IMG/VR virus record: IMGVR_UViG_3300020380_000001
Coordinates: 242,501 to 306,500 of that record
DNA length: 64,000 nucleotides
Direction: 5' to 3' (one strand)
Part shown: positions 1-9,695 of the stretch, one piece after another
How the letters are laid out: every line of letters starts with the position of its first letter
How positions within the stretch are numbered: the first letter of the stretch is position 1
Program-made: the position numbers and the translations under genes
Notes under the pieces: model-generated
Database searches by the model: none
What the model was told of the DNA's origin: nothing
What the model saw: the letters and a program-made list of their open reading frames with translations, nothing else

Positions 1-432
1 ATCACCGCCAGCCAAGCCGCACCCGATTTGCGGGTATGCGACTCGTATTGGTGGTAGACCGTTTGCTTCGCGTTCAGCGGCAGAGTCGCGTAAATCATTA
101 CCCAACTCTCTAAAGAAATCAACCAAAGCAGTGTAGTCGACAGGGCAGTCTTCAGGCGAAGTTCGCGGGGCGTACTGGGTGTAAGCATTAAGGACAACAA
201 ACTCGTGATCGTTTATCGTTAACACCGCAGACGAAAAGCTGCCTAGCTTAGAACGATCACCTTTTTTAGTCTGTTCTTTATCAGCTTGCGGCACTGCTTG
301 CCAGCCAGGTCGTCGTGCTATTTGCCCTGCTATACCGGAGCCCATCGCATGCAGACAATTACAGCCGTGAACCATAATGTCGAACTGCGCGTTCTCCATC
401 ATCTCGAGTAAATCACCTTTAACTTTTTTCAT
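1..432 (-). CDS. Macro domain (Appr-1''-p / ADP-ribose processing) protein, T4 Tk.4-like; runs off the window edge
   Basis: Not in the ORF track. Manual translation from ATG at 432: MKKVKGDLLEMMENAQFDIMVHGCNCLHAMGSGIAGQIARR...VVLNAYTQY...VAYPQIGCGLAGGD. Shows the GD, HGCN..MG.GIA and P.IG.GLAGG macro-domain motifs. Confidence 0.9.
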   Translation of the reverse strand, partial: MKKVKGDLLEMMENAQFDIMVHGCNCLHAMGSGIAGQIARRPGWQAVPQADKEQTKKGDRSKLGSFSSAVLTINDHEFVVLNAYTQYAPRTSPEDCPVDYTALVDFFRELGNDLRDSAAEREANGLPPIRVAYPQIGCGLAGGD

Positions 433-691
433 ACTTCACCTTTTCTAAGTACGCTTCGTACTCAATTTCATCTATATAGACAAATACACTGCCGTCTTGT
501 ACAGCAAGACCAAAGTCAGCCAAGTTGTCGGCTACACTATGTTGTAATTCGTCTCCGCCCCATATCAACGCAACTAAGTAGGCTTTAAACCACAAGAAGC
601 GTTCTTCGGAGTCGTTAATCCACAGCCATACAAAGGCTTCAGTAATACTGAGCTCGTCGTATTTCTTGACTGTCTGCGTCTTCTTACTCAT
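419..691 (-). CDS. hypothetical protein (90 aa)
   Basis: ORF overlapping both neighbours in an operon-like run. Confidence 0.7.
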   Translation of the reverse strand: MSKKTQTVKKYDELSITEAFVWLWINDSEERFLWFKAYLVALIWGGDELQHSVADNLADFGLAVQDGSVFVYIDEIEYEAYLEKVKYEKS

Positions 692-1038
692 GGCACGTAC
701 ATTGTATCAACTGTAAACCCGCACTCGTTACTCAACGTGGCAAGAAACTCAACAAGCATAGGATCCAACAATTCATCAGCTGTGGCTGGCACAACCATTG
801 TTTCACCGCTAATTGTTTCTTCTTTGCCAAGGTAAACACCAACGATAAACGGCGGCTCACCGAAATGTCTCCCTTCAACTTTTAAGTCAGTAACGAACAA
901 ACGTTCGCCAGCGCACAAGTTGTGAGACAGGTATAAACTGATGGTGTTGCGGAGCTCAGACATGTTTGGTTTTATCTCAGTCACTTCACGCAAATACTCA
1001 GTTGAGTACTTATTCTTTTTAACAATTTTAGCTGACAT
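688..1038 (-). CDS. hypothetical protein (likely start MSAKIVKK)
   Basis: ORF track 688..1083; AAGGGG SD-like sequence precedes ATG at 1038, which reduces the overlap with the upstream gene. Confidence 0.65.
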   Translation of the reverse strand: MSAKIVKKNKYSTEYLREVTEIKPNMSELRNTISLYLSHNLCAGERLFVTDLKVEGRHFGEPPFIVGVYLGKEETISGETMVVPATADELLDPMLVEFLATLSNECGFTVDTMYVP

Positions 1039-1342
1039 TGCTTTCCCCTTTGTAACGCCATACAACACGCGTATCGCGGTCATACACTGCGTCTTTTGTT
1101 TTTAAAACTACGTTATTACCATCACGCACAGCAACACCATCGGCAACTTCTCCAGAGCTAGAGATCACTTCAATCTCACTATCGTCTAAGGGAATTGCAA
1201 ATGGGAAGGTATCGTAGGCTGCGGTAAAAGAACTGATTGCTTGCATGGATCGCGCTCCGGTATAAAAATCACTGAATACGCGCCGACTTACGACGGCGTC
1301 GTAAACAAGTCGGTTAATTTGAGTTGATAAGTTGGTCTGCAT
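1028..1342 (-). CDS. hypothetical protein (104 aa)
   Basis: ORF in a tightly packed operon. Confidence 0.65.
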   Translation of the reverse strand: MQTNLSTQINRLVYDAVVSRRVFSDFYTGARSMQAISSFTAAYDTFPFAIPLDDSEIEVISSSGEVADGVAVRDGNNVVLKTKDAVYDRDTRVVWRYKGESNVS

Positions 1343-1691
1343 AGTTGCGGTAGTGCTCGTATGAAGCCTGCATGTTTTCAGCGCCGATGGGGTTCCTGGT
1401 ATGGATCATGATCGGCGGCAGTGTAAGATCAGCGGCAATATACTCTTCACACATGAATTTAAGACAGTCATGCCCAGTGCGCTCCACTGTACGGCCGTGC
1501 CCCTCTTTAAAATCCTGTATATCGTGGTCAAAGCTATAAACGCACTCTTCCTCTGACTGCACTACATCAAGAACAGCGTCTACGAATTCATCATACGTGC
1601 GCACTACTGTCCAATCAACGTCTTGCCATAATGAAACCCACACTACGTCAGCAACATTGCGTTCGTCGTCTAAGAATATGCCTTTACGCAT
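1314..1691 (-). CDS. cyclic-phosphate-processing receiver-like (cREC) domain protein
   Basis: Motifs IFLDDER, VVRTYDEF, SFDHDI, TG.DC, IHTRNP.GA.NM, typical of this stand-alone phage receiver family. Confidence 0.75.
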   Translation of the reverse strand: MRKGIFLDDERNVADVVWVSLWQDVDWTVVRTYDEFVDAVLDVVQSEEECVYSFDHDIQDFKEGHGRTVERTGHDCLKFMCEEYIAADLTLPPIMIHTRNPIGAENMQASYEHYRNYADQLINSN

Positions 1692-1720
1692 ATAATTTCA
1701 TCCTTTTTATACTTTTGTAT

Positions 1721-1748
1721 ATTGTAGCATCTAGGAAAAGTTTTACAA
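1721..1748 (-). promoter_or_regulatory. sigma70-like promoter for the cREC to macro-domain operon
   Basis: TTGTAA-16 nt-TACAAT with extended -10 TGn. Confidence 0.5.
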
Positions 1749-1798
1749 GTAGAAAACACAAATGAAAAACTTTTATTTTTACCTGAAGACGAAAGATG

Positions 1799-1823
1799 AA
1801 AAAAGGGGCAGTGTGCCCCTTTC
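1799..1823 (-). terminator. intrinsic terminator after clpA
   Basis: Minus strand AAAGGGGCA-CAC-TGCCCCTTT followed by more T, right after the clpA stop. Confidence 0.85.
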
Positions 1824-1825
1824 AA

Positions 1826-4081
1826 TTATTCTGCGCTGGCTTCTTCTTGCTTGGCGCGCTGTGCTTTGCGATCTAGCGTTACGTTAACCACTAGTTCGTT
1901 ATTAGCAACTTCTAAACGTACAATGCCACCTTCAGTCAACTTACCATACAAGACTTCCTTAGCAATTGGCTTGCGGACCGCAGTCTTAAACAAGCGCTTA
2001 AGAGGACGGGCTCCGTACTTGTCGTCAATCCCGTTGTCACGCAACCAACGCGTAGCGTCAGGTGTTACGGATACTTGGATATTCTTAGTACTCAAGTCTT
2101 GATTTAACTCAGTAATGTACGTCTTGAGGATTCGGTTAATACTAACCTCGTCAAGCGGTGCAAACACATGAACATCATCAACACGGTTAATCAGTTCCGG
2201 CTTAAAGAAGCGTTTCACTTCCGCGTCAATTTCCGATGCCATGTTTGCGCTGCCAGCTGCAAAGCCTATACGACTGCCGCTCGCTTTTGCTGCGCCAGGG
2301 TTACCAGTATAAAAGATAACGGTATTGGAGAAGTCTGCGGCTACGCCTGACGACGACGTAAGTTTGCCGTGATCGTGTATCTGTAAGAATAAATCATATA
2401 CGCTTCGGTGCGCTTTTTCAGATTCATCCATCAGTATTACACAAACTGGGTTTTCAGATACTTCCGTAACCAACTTACCATTCTTATAACGACCTTCACC
2501 GTGACCCTTGTAGCCAGGAGGTGCGCCAATCAGTAACGCGTCTGAGTGCTCAGCTGAATACTCACTCATATCATAGCGCAGTAACGGCACGCCCCATTCT
2601 TCCGCAAGTACTTTCACCAAGTGTGTTTTACCAGTACCTGTGATACCAGCAATAATACCACCGTAAATAGGACCTTCGGAATTGTCAAGCCCAGCTTTGC
2701 GCGTTTCAATAGCTTCAACTACCGTGTCAATAACATCGTCGTGTCCAAACACACGATCCTTAATACGGGCAGCAAGCGTCGACATACTGTCGCTGTCGTT
2801 CGCTGTTAAGTCTTTTTCAGGAATGCCGGTAGTCAAACTTAGTGCGCGTGTGATGTTTTCATCGTTTACTTCGTCTTGTCCTTTAATCTTAGCGTTAATC
2901 ATCGCTAAATCAAGTAGGTCAAAACTTCTGTCCGGGTTGTGCTTTTGCTGCACATATTTGGTAGCCAAATCAACCAGTTTCGGTAAGTCTGCCATATTAA
3001 ACGACACGTTATGGAAGTCTTCGTACGAGAACAGGCTCTGTGCAAGTATACGCACAGTTTCATCACGCGATGGTTCAGGCACATCAACTAACGCAAAGCG
3101 GCGCACAAGTGCTCTATCACTTTCAATTTGTTCGTAATACTCAGCGTTAGTAGTAGCGCCGATTACTTTAATTTCACCGTTTGCTAGTTTAGGCTTAAGC
3201 ATGTTGCCCAAGTCAAGCGCTGAATCTTTAGTTTGTCCAGCTGACATTGCGGAGTGCATCTCGTCAATAAACAAGATAACTTTGTCCTTAGAACACAGCT
3301 CGTCAATAATTGACTTAATACGTTCTTCAGCATCACCGCGGAACTTAGTACCTGCCATCAGGGCAGCAACATCAAGTGAATAAATTTCGTAGTCTTTTAG
3401 TGAATCCGGGATTTCGCCGTCTACAATTCGTTTAGCTAGGCCTTCAACAATTGCTGTTTTACCAACACCGGCTTCACCTGTCAAAATTGCGTTTGACTTT
3501 TTGCGGCGTCCCAGTACATGTACTAGTTGATCAATAACATCGTCGCGCCCAACAAGCGGATCAATTTTCTCAGCTTGTTCGGTTAAGTTTACACAGTATG
3601 TGCCTAAAGGATCAGTTACGTTTGAACCAGTACCAGCGCCAGATTGAAGAGCAGGCTCTAGGATTTCTAAAATCTTTTCACGTGTAATGCCGTGCTTTTT
3701 AAGATATGCTGCCGAGTGCGAGCGCTCTTCGGTAACCATCATTAATACTAGCGACACAAGTGTCAAATCAGAATTGCCTGAAATTGCGTCTTGTGCTGAT
3801 GCACGACGGATAAGTTCAATTAAGCGCTTGGATTCTTTGGGTTCAATGTCAGTGCCAGTCCATGGTGAACGTAGCGACTCACTTGACAAATAAGTTTCAA
3901 CATCAGTGATAAGGCCGTTAAGCGTGCCTTTACAGCGCGTAACTAAATCAGTGAATGTTTTTTCTTGTGTAAGGGATAAGAGCAAATGCTCGGTAAGTAG
4001 GTATTCGTGATAGCGGCTAACCGCCTCGTTTGTAGCGCGTTCCATAACACGCTTGATGAACTGTAAGTCTTTATCAGCCAT
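1826..4081 (-). CDS. clpA: ATP-dependent Clp protease ATP-binding subunit ClpA
   Basis: Clp_N repeat ([13 protein letters not shown]); D1 Walker A GEAGVGKT and Walker B LFIDEMH; D2 GITGTGKT and LMDESEKAH; ClpP-docking IGF loop (SRIGF); GARPLKR sensor; 751 aa with no ClpB M-domain. Confidence 0.93.
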   Translation of the reverse strand: MADKDLQFIKRVMERATNEAVSRYHEYLLTEHLLLSLTQEKTFTDLVTRCKGTLNGLITDVETYLSSESLRSPWTGTDIEPKESKRLIELIRRASAQDAISGNSDLTLVSLVLMMVTEERSHSAAYLKKHGITREKILEILEPALQSGAGTGSNVTDPLGTYCVNLTEQAEKIDPLVGRDDVIDQLVHVLGRRKKSNAILTGEAGVGKTAIVEGLAKRIVDGEIPDSLKDYEIYSLDVAALMAGTKFRGDAEERIKSIIDELCSKDKVILFIDEMHSAMSAGQTKDSALDLGNMLKPKLANGEIKVIGATTNAEYYEQIESDRALVRRFALVDVPEPSRDETVRILAQSLFSYEDFHNVSFNMADLPKLVDLATKYVQQKHNPDRSFDLLDLAMINAKIKGQDEVNDENITRALSLTTGIPEKDLTANDSDSMSTLAARIKDRVFGHDDVIDTVVEAIETRKAGLDNSEGPIYGGIIAGITGTGKTHLVKVLAEEWGVPLLRYDMSEYSAEHSDALLIGAPPGYKGHGEGRYKNGKLVTEVSENPVCVILMDESEKAHRSVYDLFLQIHDHGKLTSSSGVAADFSNTVIFYTGNPGAAKASGSRIGFAAGSANMASEIDAEVKRFFKPELINRVDDVHVFAPLDEVSINRILKTYITELNQDLSTKNIQVSVTPDATRWLRDNGIDDKYGARPLKRLFKTAVRKPIAKEVLYGKLTEGGIVRLEVANNELVVNVTLDRKAQRAKQEEASAE

Positions 4082-4106
4082 ATTTTGCTCCTTGTGTTTA
4101 AACTAT

Positions 4107-4496
4107 TTATTCACCCGATTGCGAATTATTCTGTATTTGTTGCTCATATGCTTTTATCACAGCTTGCTGGTCCTTAATATAACGTAATAAGTCAGCGGTG
4201 TTATACGACAGATTTTCATAGTCCTTTGCGCTTAACACAAAGTACGCTTGATCGTCAGTCATATTGTCAGTTAAGTCAACCATAATAGCCCGGTTGGCAA
4301 CTCTGAATTCGACTGCGGCCATATTAACTGGCTCAGGTCTGCCGAACGTGCCATATATAGGGCATATAGCGTCACTGACGTCCACAGTCTGCGTCTGTTC
4401 CTCATCCGTTAAAGTACAAGCCGGCGTCGTAAGAATAATTCCTACGGTTATACCGAGCACGATAATAGACTTCACACCGTTATTCAGTTTCTTCAT
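4107..4496 (-). CDS. o-spanin (outer-membrane lipoprotein, Rz1/PseT.2-like)
   Basis: Signal peptide with lipobox-like ILTTPA|C; C-terminal YENLSYN..DLLRYIKDQ..VI..YE; overlaps the i-spanin end. Confidence 0.75.
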   Translation of the reverse strand: MKKLNNGVKSIIVLGITVGIILTTPACTLTDEEQTQTVDVSDAICPIYGTFGRPEPVNMAAVEFRVANRAIMVDLTDNMTDDQAYFVLSAKDYENLSYNTADLLRYIKDQQAVIKAYEQQIQNNSQSGE

Positions 4497-4929
4497 CGAT
4501 TTTAGTCACTTCTTCAATGTCAGTACCCAGCTTAGCTATGGCTCGATTTACTCGAGTTTCTATTAAGCCCGGCTTTTTGCTGGCTAGATATTCAAGGTCA
4601 TGTTTGCGCAACACGTCTTTGATCTTATTCTGTTCAGCTACGTTTTCGTTATACATCTCACGTAGCTCAGAATGTTGTTTCAACAGTTGCTCAACTTTGG
4701 ATGCCTGAATCTCAAGCCGTTTGACTAAGTTTTCGTTCTTATTTGTAACATTAGTGACTTCGGTTGTCAAGGTATTAACTTCTTTTTGTAACTCAGTGTT
4801 ATCTTCAATTACAGAAGTTAAGTACGAATAGCCAAGGTACACGGCAAACAGAACACCCGCAAAGGCGGCAAGTACGGCTATTGTACCCCAAGTCTTTTTA
4901 GATCCTAATGCGGCGAGTCCTGCTAACAT
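4480..4929 (-). CDS. i-spanin (inner-membrane, Rz/PseT.3-like)
   Basis: N-terminal TM helix, long coiled coil, KKPGLIETRVN motif as in T4-type i-spanins; directly upstream of a lipoprotein gene. Confidence 0.78.
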   Translation of the reverse strand: MLAGLAALGSKKTWGTIAVLAAFAGVLFAVYLGYSYLTSVIEDNTELQKEVNTLTTEVTNVTNKNENLVKRLEIQASKVEQLLKQHSELREMYNENVAEQNKIKDVLRKHDLEYLASKKPGLIETRVNRAIAKLGTDIEEVTKIDEETE

Positions 4930-4930
4930 G

Positions 4931-5665
4931 TTATCCGTTCCTTGTTACTTTAAGACAGTGGTTGTCATCATTAACCACTAATATATGTGAATCACTAGTA
5001 CCGAATACAGAGTAACTGGCACCTAGCGAGCGCTCTAAGAATACTATATCAGTGCCGCTTGAAAACGGCGATACTTGACTATGAAAGCCTTTAAAGTCGC
5101 CTTCGTCAACAACACGATAAGAACTACCTTCCAACGAGAATGTAGACTTCTGCGTATCTGTGCGACTTGCGGCTTTAGCAAGAAACTTGGCTATTGCATC
5201 TTGTCCTTTATTGGCCAAGTACTTTTTGTGAGTCATGTACTTCTTAGGATCAAGAGGCAAGTCAGCATGCGGGCAGCCTGCGCGGTAACGCTTAACTTCA
5301 CCTGTCATATAAAACCTAAGACTCCATTTCATCTTATCAGTCATATTTTCAATGTCAGCGATCATCTCGTCAAAGTTTTTCCAAAAGTCACGATCACGTC
5401 TATATTCAACGTGCACTTTCCACATGTTGTTGGTATCGCTAAGCTCAGTGAACTCTGTATCAATCGTATCATACGGTGACATTTCAATAAACATAGCAAA
5501 GTCACGAGCGGCAGCTTCGTCTATTACATTAAACGTCACTACTACCACTTCTTCAGGTGTCCCCGACTTAGGCTTAAAGAAATCAACTAGAATGATCGGA
5601 TCAACCATGTGCTCTAGTTGATGGCGTCTAAACCTTTCGTTTAACTGTCTTTTATTACGCTTCAT
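4931..5665 (-). CDS. jumbo-phage hypothetical protein (likely start MKRNKRQLNE)
   Basis: ORF track 4931..5761; in-frame ATG at 5665 overlaps the upstream stop. Confidence 0.75.
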   Translation of the reverse strand: MKRNKRQLNERFRRHQLEHMVDPIILVDFFKPKSGTPEEVVVVTFNVIDEAAARDFAMFIEMSPYDTIDTEFTELSDTNNMWKVHVEYRRDRDFWKNFDEMIADIENMTDKMKWSLRFYMTGEVKRYRAGCPHADLPLDPKKYMTHKKYLANKGQDAIAKFLAKAASRTDTQKSTFSLEGSSYRVVDEGDFKGFHSQVSPFSSGTDIVFLERSLGASYSVFGTSDSHILVVNDDNHCLKVTRNG

Positions 5666-6200
5666 CGTCGCCTTCATCCTGGTTTGTTTCTGGGGCATCA
5701 TCTGTGTCGTCTCCACCAAATATGTCGTCACTATCGTCGATTTTCTCATCTCGATAATCAACCCCGCTTAGCGCGGTAGACAGATTCAAGTAATCAGTAA
5801 TGTTGCTTGCAATTAGACGTTTGGGGAATTTCAAATCAACTACTGAAACACGGTAAAGCTCGCTTTTAATTGGCGCGGTTGGATTATCGTCGAACTCTTC
5901 AGCAGTCGGTACGCCTGTCATATTGAAAGCTTCGTTACGCAGGGTATACTTAATACCGAACTTCTCTAAGCGCGGCAAGCCTTTTACATCAGGTGGTCTG
6001 GACTTGGGGTACATGATAGACACGTCAACCCAGTACTCTGTGATATCAGGCCCTGCTATAATTTCGCCTTCTTCCCAGTTCTCATATGCATAGACGCCGG
6101 TCTCGCCAAGGATACTCTCGCACTCTAGCAAGTAATCCATAGCAGTAATGTCGCCCATAATATACTGGTAGTTTTGTTGTAATGAATCAAATTCTATCAT
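5655..6200 (-). CDS. jumbo-phage hypothetical protein, acidic C-terminus
   Basis: 181-aa ORF, first gene after a CTAAATA late motif, divergent from phoH. Confidence 0.8.
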   Translation of the reverse strand: MIEFDSLQQNYQYIMGDITAMDYLLECESILGETGVYAYENWEEGEIIAGPDITEYWVDVSIMYPKSRPPDVKGLPRLEKFGIKYTLRNEAFNMTGVPTAEEFDDNPTAPIKSELYRVSVVDLKFPKRLIASNITDYLNLSTALSGVDYRDEKIDDSDDIFGGDDTDDAPETNQDEGDDEA

Positions 6201-6225
6201 TATATCGCCTGTTTAGTCTTTACCA

Positions 6226-6232
6226 TATTTAG
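6226..6232 (-). promoter_or_regulatory. late promoter motif CTAAATA (hyp-hyp-spanins-clpA unit)
   Basis: TATTTAG on + strand, 26 nt upstream of ATG 6200; same motif recurs before structural genes. Confidence 0.7.
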
Positions 6233-6281
6233 TACTTGGGCAATTGTAATGAAAGATTAATCTACAAATTGAATTCTGGCC

Positions 6282-6309
6282 GTAAATACTTTTGAACACT
6301 ACGGTGTTC
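6282..6309 (+). promoter_or_regulatory. late-type motif GTAAATA followed by a cUACGg hairpin, upstream of phoH
   Basis: GTAAATA at 6282-6288; GAACAC-TACG-GTGTTC at 6294-6309. Confidence 0.5.
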
Positions 6310-6425
6310 ACGGAACCCCGGATGATAGTAAATTCATATACTTACAATCCATGCAACACGCCAAAGACTCTTGTTACTAGAACGAAGGGTCACCACTTCT
6401 TTAACCCTAATAAAGGAACTATTTT

Positions 6426-7181
6426 ATGGCAAAACAGGCTAAGTACGACCAGAATTCAACCAAGCACGGTAAACATAACCAAAAAGCAACTGTTTACGAT
6501 ATAAACTCACTTACTAAGAAGAGCCCGCCGTCTACTAAAGACGTGCGCCCGATTCCTAGAAACGTTGCTCAGGAAGAATACGTACAATACCTCAATAACG
6601 AAAGCGTTCGTTTAGTTTTCGGCACAGGGCCTGCAGGTACCGGTAAAACACTACTGGCTACACTGAAGGCAATTCAACTATTTTTAGAAGGCCATGTTAG
6701 TAAAATTATCATTACTCGTCCCGCAGTAGCAGTAGACGGAGAATCGCACGGATTTCTACCCGGTGACATATTCGCTAAGCTAGAGCCATGGACAAAACCT
6801 ATCCTGGATGTATTTTTAAAGTTCTTTTCACATTCCCAGATAGCAGATATGATCGACACCGATATGTTAGAAATTTGCCCGCTTGGTTTCATGCGCGGCA
6901 GAACATTCGATAATGCGGTGCTTTTACTTGACGAAGCACAAAACTCAACTGACGTACAGATGAAAATGTTCTTAACCCGTATAGGCACCGGCACGCGTGC
7001 ATTTATTACTGGTGACTTAGAACAAAGTGACCGAGAAAAAGGCATCAACGGCTTAGAGGACTTTGCCCGTCGAGCTAATGACCGTGCGCCGGACAGTATC
7101 AAGTTCGTTAATTTCCAACGCAAAGATGTGGAGCGTGATGCGATTGTAGAGACTGTATTGGCACTTTACGAAGACGAATAA
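6426..7181 (+). CDS. phoH: PhoH-family ATPase
   Basis: GPAGTGKT, RPAV, GFLPG, FMRGRTF, LLDEAQN, TRIG, GDLEQSD motifs; SD AAGGA. Confidence 0.95.
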   Translation: MAKQAKYDQNSTKHGKHNQKATVYDINSLTKKSPPSTKDVRPIPRNVAQEEYVQYLNNESVRLVFGTGPAGTGKTLLATLKAIQLFLEGHVSKIIITRPAVAVDGESHGFLPGDIFAKLEPWTKPILDVFLKFFSHSQIADMIDTDMLEICPLGFMRGRTFDNAVLLLDEAQNSTDVQMKMFLTRIGTGTRAFITGDLEQSDREKGINGLEDFARRANDRAPDSIKFVNFQRKDVERDAIVETVLALYEDE

Positions 7182-7190
7182 GGTGATATG

Positions 7191-7217
7191 AAAAAGCCGC
7201 TTAAACGCGGCTTTTTT
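7191..7217. terminator. bidirectional intrinsic terminator
   Basis: AAAAAGCCGC-TTAAAC-GCGGCTTTTTT between convergent genes. Confidence 0.9.
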
Positions 7218-7231
7218 GTCTTTGGATTTTA

Positions 7232-7828
7232 TTATGCTGCGTCTACTGTCTCAATCACATCAGACCAGCTATTAACAACCGGAAACTTGTCTACTTCTAC
7301 GCCGCTGTTATACTCTTGGTAAAAGTTTAAAACTTTTAAACCATACTCGTGCGCTGCTAGTGCATGTTTTAGGTGATCTTCTACGTAAAACAACCCGGTG
7401 TCTTTATAATGATCAAACGCTTCTTCTTTGTGGTGGTGAATGTCCACAGCCCAAAGCTTGTCAAAATCAAAAGCGGCTGCACCAAATACCGCAGTAAGGT
7501 TATCGATACGATGTTGACGTGTTTCAGGCGATGTACCCATTAACGTAATAGGCACAAGCGTATAGCCGCGTTTTACTAACTCGCGGACACCTTCTACAGC
7601 GTCCAAATGCGGTTTTAGTTGTGCGAACTTATCACTGCCGTTAAACTCTTTAATGAGCGCTATGGCGTCCTGAATAGTATCTACACCTTCGAAACGTTCG
7701 TTCACGTTATAAAGGTGATCAGTATTTGGGATGGGCGTGTAGCCTTTTTCAACCATCCATTCTGTAAAGCCGCCAAACCAGTCAAGTAGGCATCCATCAA
7801 CATCTGTTAAAAATAGTTTTTTACTCAT
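7232..7828 (-). CDS. HAD-superfamily 5'(3')-deoxyribonucleotidase-like phosphatase (T4 30.2-like)
   Basis: N-terminal DxD motif FLTDVDGCLLDW; YVEDH motif IV; ends V.SW. Confidence 0.85.
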   Translation of the reverse strand: MSKKLFLTDVDGCLLDWFGGFTEWMVEKGYTPIPNTDHLYNVNERFEGVDTIQDAIALIKEFNGSDKFAQLKPHLDAVEGVRELVKRGYTLVPITLMGTSPETRQHRIDNLTAVFGAAAFDFDKLWAVDIHHHKEEAFDHYKDTGLFYVEDHLKHALAAHEYGLKVLNFYQEYNSGVEVDKFPVVNSWSDVIETVDAA

Positions 7829-8726
7829 CTGAGATTCTCTCTCTTATTATTGTTGTCATTAAGTAATCAACAGCTTCGTCGCTAAAGGCCGATTTAAGAC
7901 GCGAATGTTGGCGAACCTTAATTGGGTCTGAAGTTTTAAGTCTGTTGTTGAGGTGGCCTTCGTATAACACGCCGTCCATATCCAGGCCTAAGATATGCAA
8001 ACGTGATCCGGGGTTGTGTTCCAGTATTACTGACGCGAACGCTCGTTCAGCTGGGATTTCAGTAGTGCGCTTGATGCCGTGAGTCAAGTATTTCACAACA
8101 CGCTCAATACGCGATGTATCTGTCACATACATGTTACCTTTGTTGAGTATCTGACCAGGCATCATATTAGTGTTGATCCACGATACGGCGTCGACAGCCA
8201 AGCTTAAGGCAGCAATCGCAGGGTCATAACTCATTGACATCATGTCTTTTACCTTAAGCGACATTCTAGCCGTATAAGGCACGTTGCCGCAGTTATTGTA
8301 AAAGTTTGTCTCAAAGTCACCAACCACGCCCGGGTTCAACTCTCGGTATACTTCGTCGTTAAAAGCACGAACCTCATCCAAGTACCCAACAAGGTTATAC
8401 ATTTTGTGCGTATTATCCATTTTACTGGAAGCCACATTACTGGCTGGACCAAGTCGTCTTCCTGTCGACACAAATAGCGAATTTATAGGCATCATCGGGG
8501 TAGTTCGTAGCGCGAATATTTCGGGCTCGAGGCTGTTCCATTTGCCGACAGCGATTCTACTAGACACCATACCGTACAGATCCTTGTACGATGTATAAAA
8601 GGGACGTCTGGGCATTGCATAAATGACAGATCCATCTTTGCGCTCCAAGCCATACATTACCCGCGGGCAATTCTTAGTTGACATGAAATGCATGTGATCC
8701 GGTACACTCATAAAGATGCCCAACAT
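7821..8726 (-). CDS. hypothetical protein (301 aa)
   Basis: Long ORF abutting the clamp loader and overlapping the HAD gene. Confidence 0.8.
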   Translation of the reverse strand: MLGIFMSVPDHMHFMSTKNCPRVMYGLERKDGSVIYAMPRRPFYTSYKDLYGMVSSRIAVGKWNSLEPEIFALRTTPMMPINSLFVSTGRRLGPASNVASSKMDNTHKMYNLVGYLDEVRAFNDEVYRELNPGVVGDFETNFYNNCGNVPYTARMSLKVKDMMSMSYDPAIAALSLAVDAVSWINTNMMPGQILNKGNMYVTDTSRIERVVKYLTHGIKRTTEIPAERAFASVILEHNPGSRLHILGLDMDGVLYEGHLNNRLKTSDPIKVRQHSRLKSAFSDEAVDYLMTTIIRERISDE

Positions 8727-8727
8727 A

Positions 8728-9666
8728 TTACGCGCCTTCTACTGCGAGTTCTAACTCAACCAAAGTTGCTGCTAGATTAAGTTCAGGGTCAGCACATAGC
8801 GGCGCCTTAGCCATACCGTTGCGTAGTGCAACAACACAGTTTCTTTCAATATTAGGATCACCGTTAGACCAGAAGTTGATGTTGTTATACAAAAACGTCC
8901 AGATCTCATCGTACTCGTTAGGTTGTGCCTTAGCGCACATAAGTTTACGGCCTTCCACATATTGCTTTTCACGGAAGTACGCCACAGCGTGCACGCGCCA
9001 GTCTTCTGTATCGCCACCTTTAGATGACGGTGATTCAAGTTTGCCGTTAATTGTGTTCTGCTGCAATAAGTTCAAACACTTACGCAAGTCAGGATAGGTT
9101 GCGTCAATAACTTCCCCTAGTGCTTCAGGGTCAATATCAACTTGCTCTTCAAGCAGTACGCGCACCGCACGTTCTTCAAACTGCGGCTTATCTGGTTTTG
9201 AGATTTCGTACTCTTGCAAACGTGACTTAAGCGCGGGAATAATACGATTCGGGTAGTTACACGTCATTACAAAACGACACTGATGCGCATAAGTTTCCAT
9301 TAAGTTACGAAGCGTAGCTTGTGCCTCAGGACTTAAGTGATCAGCCTCGTCAAGAAGAATATAACTGAACGCACTCATAAAAGGCATGTTAGACGCAAAG
9401 CCTTCAACAGTTGTTCTGATATACTCAACACCATTTTTCAATGACGCGTTGATAATCTTGATGTTGGACTTGTCGACCTCAAGCATGTTAAACAACACCT
9501 TAGCCAGTGTCGTTTTACCAGTGCCCGGGCCGCCGTGGAATAACAAGTGCGGAATAGTTTTTTCTTGCACCCATTGATTGATTTTGTTTTTAAGACTTTC
9601 GTCTTTAAGAACATATCCGTCAAGAGTGGCAGGACGGTACTTTTCAACCCAAAGATCAGTTGCCAT
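8728..9666 (-). CDS. sliding-clamp loader large subunit (T4 gp44 / RFC small subunit-like)
   Basis: LWVEKYRP, HLLFHGGPGTGKTT, INAS, LLDEAD, TCNYP.RII..L.SR. Confidence 0.93.
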   Translation of the reverse strand: MATDLWVEKYRPATLDGYVLKDESLKNKINQWVQEKTIPHLLFHGGPGTGKTTLAKVLFNMLEVDKSNIKIINASLKNGVEYIRTTVEGFASNMPFMSAFSYILLDEADHLSPEAQATLRNLMETYAHQCRFVMTCNYPNRIIPALKSRLQEYEISKPDKPQFEERAVRVLLEEQVDIDPEALGEVIDATYPDLRKCLNLLQQNTINGKLESPSSKGGDTEDWRVHAVAYFREKQYVEGRKLMCAKAQPNEYDEIWTFLYNNINFWSNGDPNIERNCVVALRNGMAKAPLCADPELNLAATLVELELAVEGA

Positions 9667-9695
9667 GTGTTTGTGTTCCTCTAAGGAAAGGGGAG

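Noticed and set aside
6292-6504. 70-aa ORF upstream of and overlapping phoH
   Set aside because: TTG start with no SD and out-of-frame overlap with phoH; better explained as leader sequence
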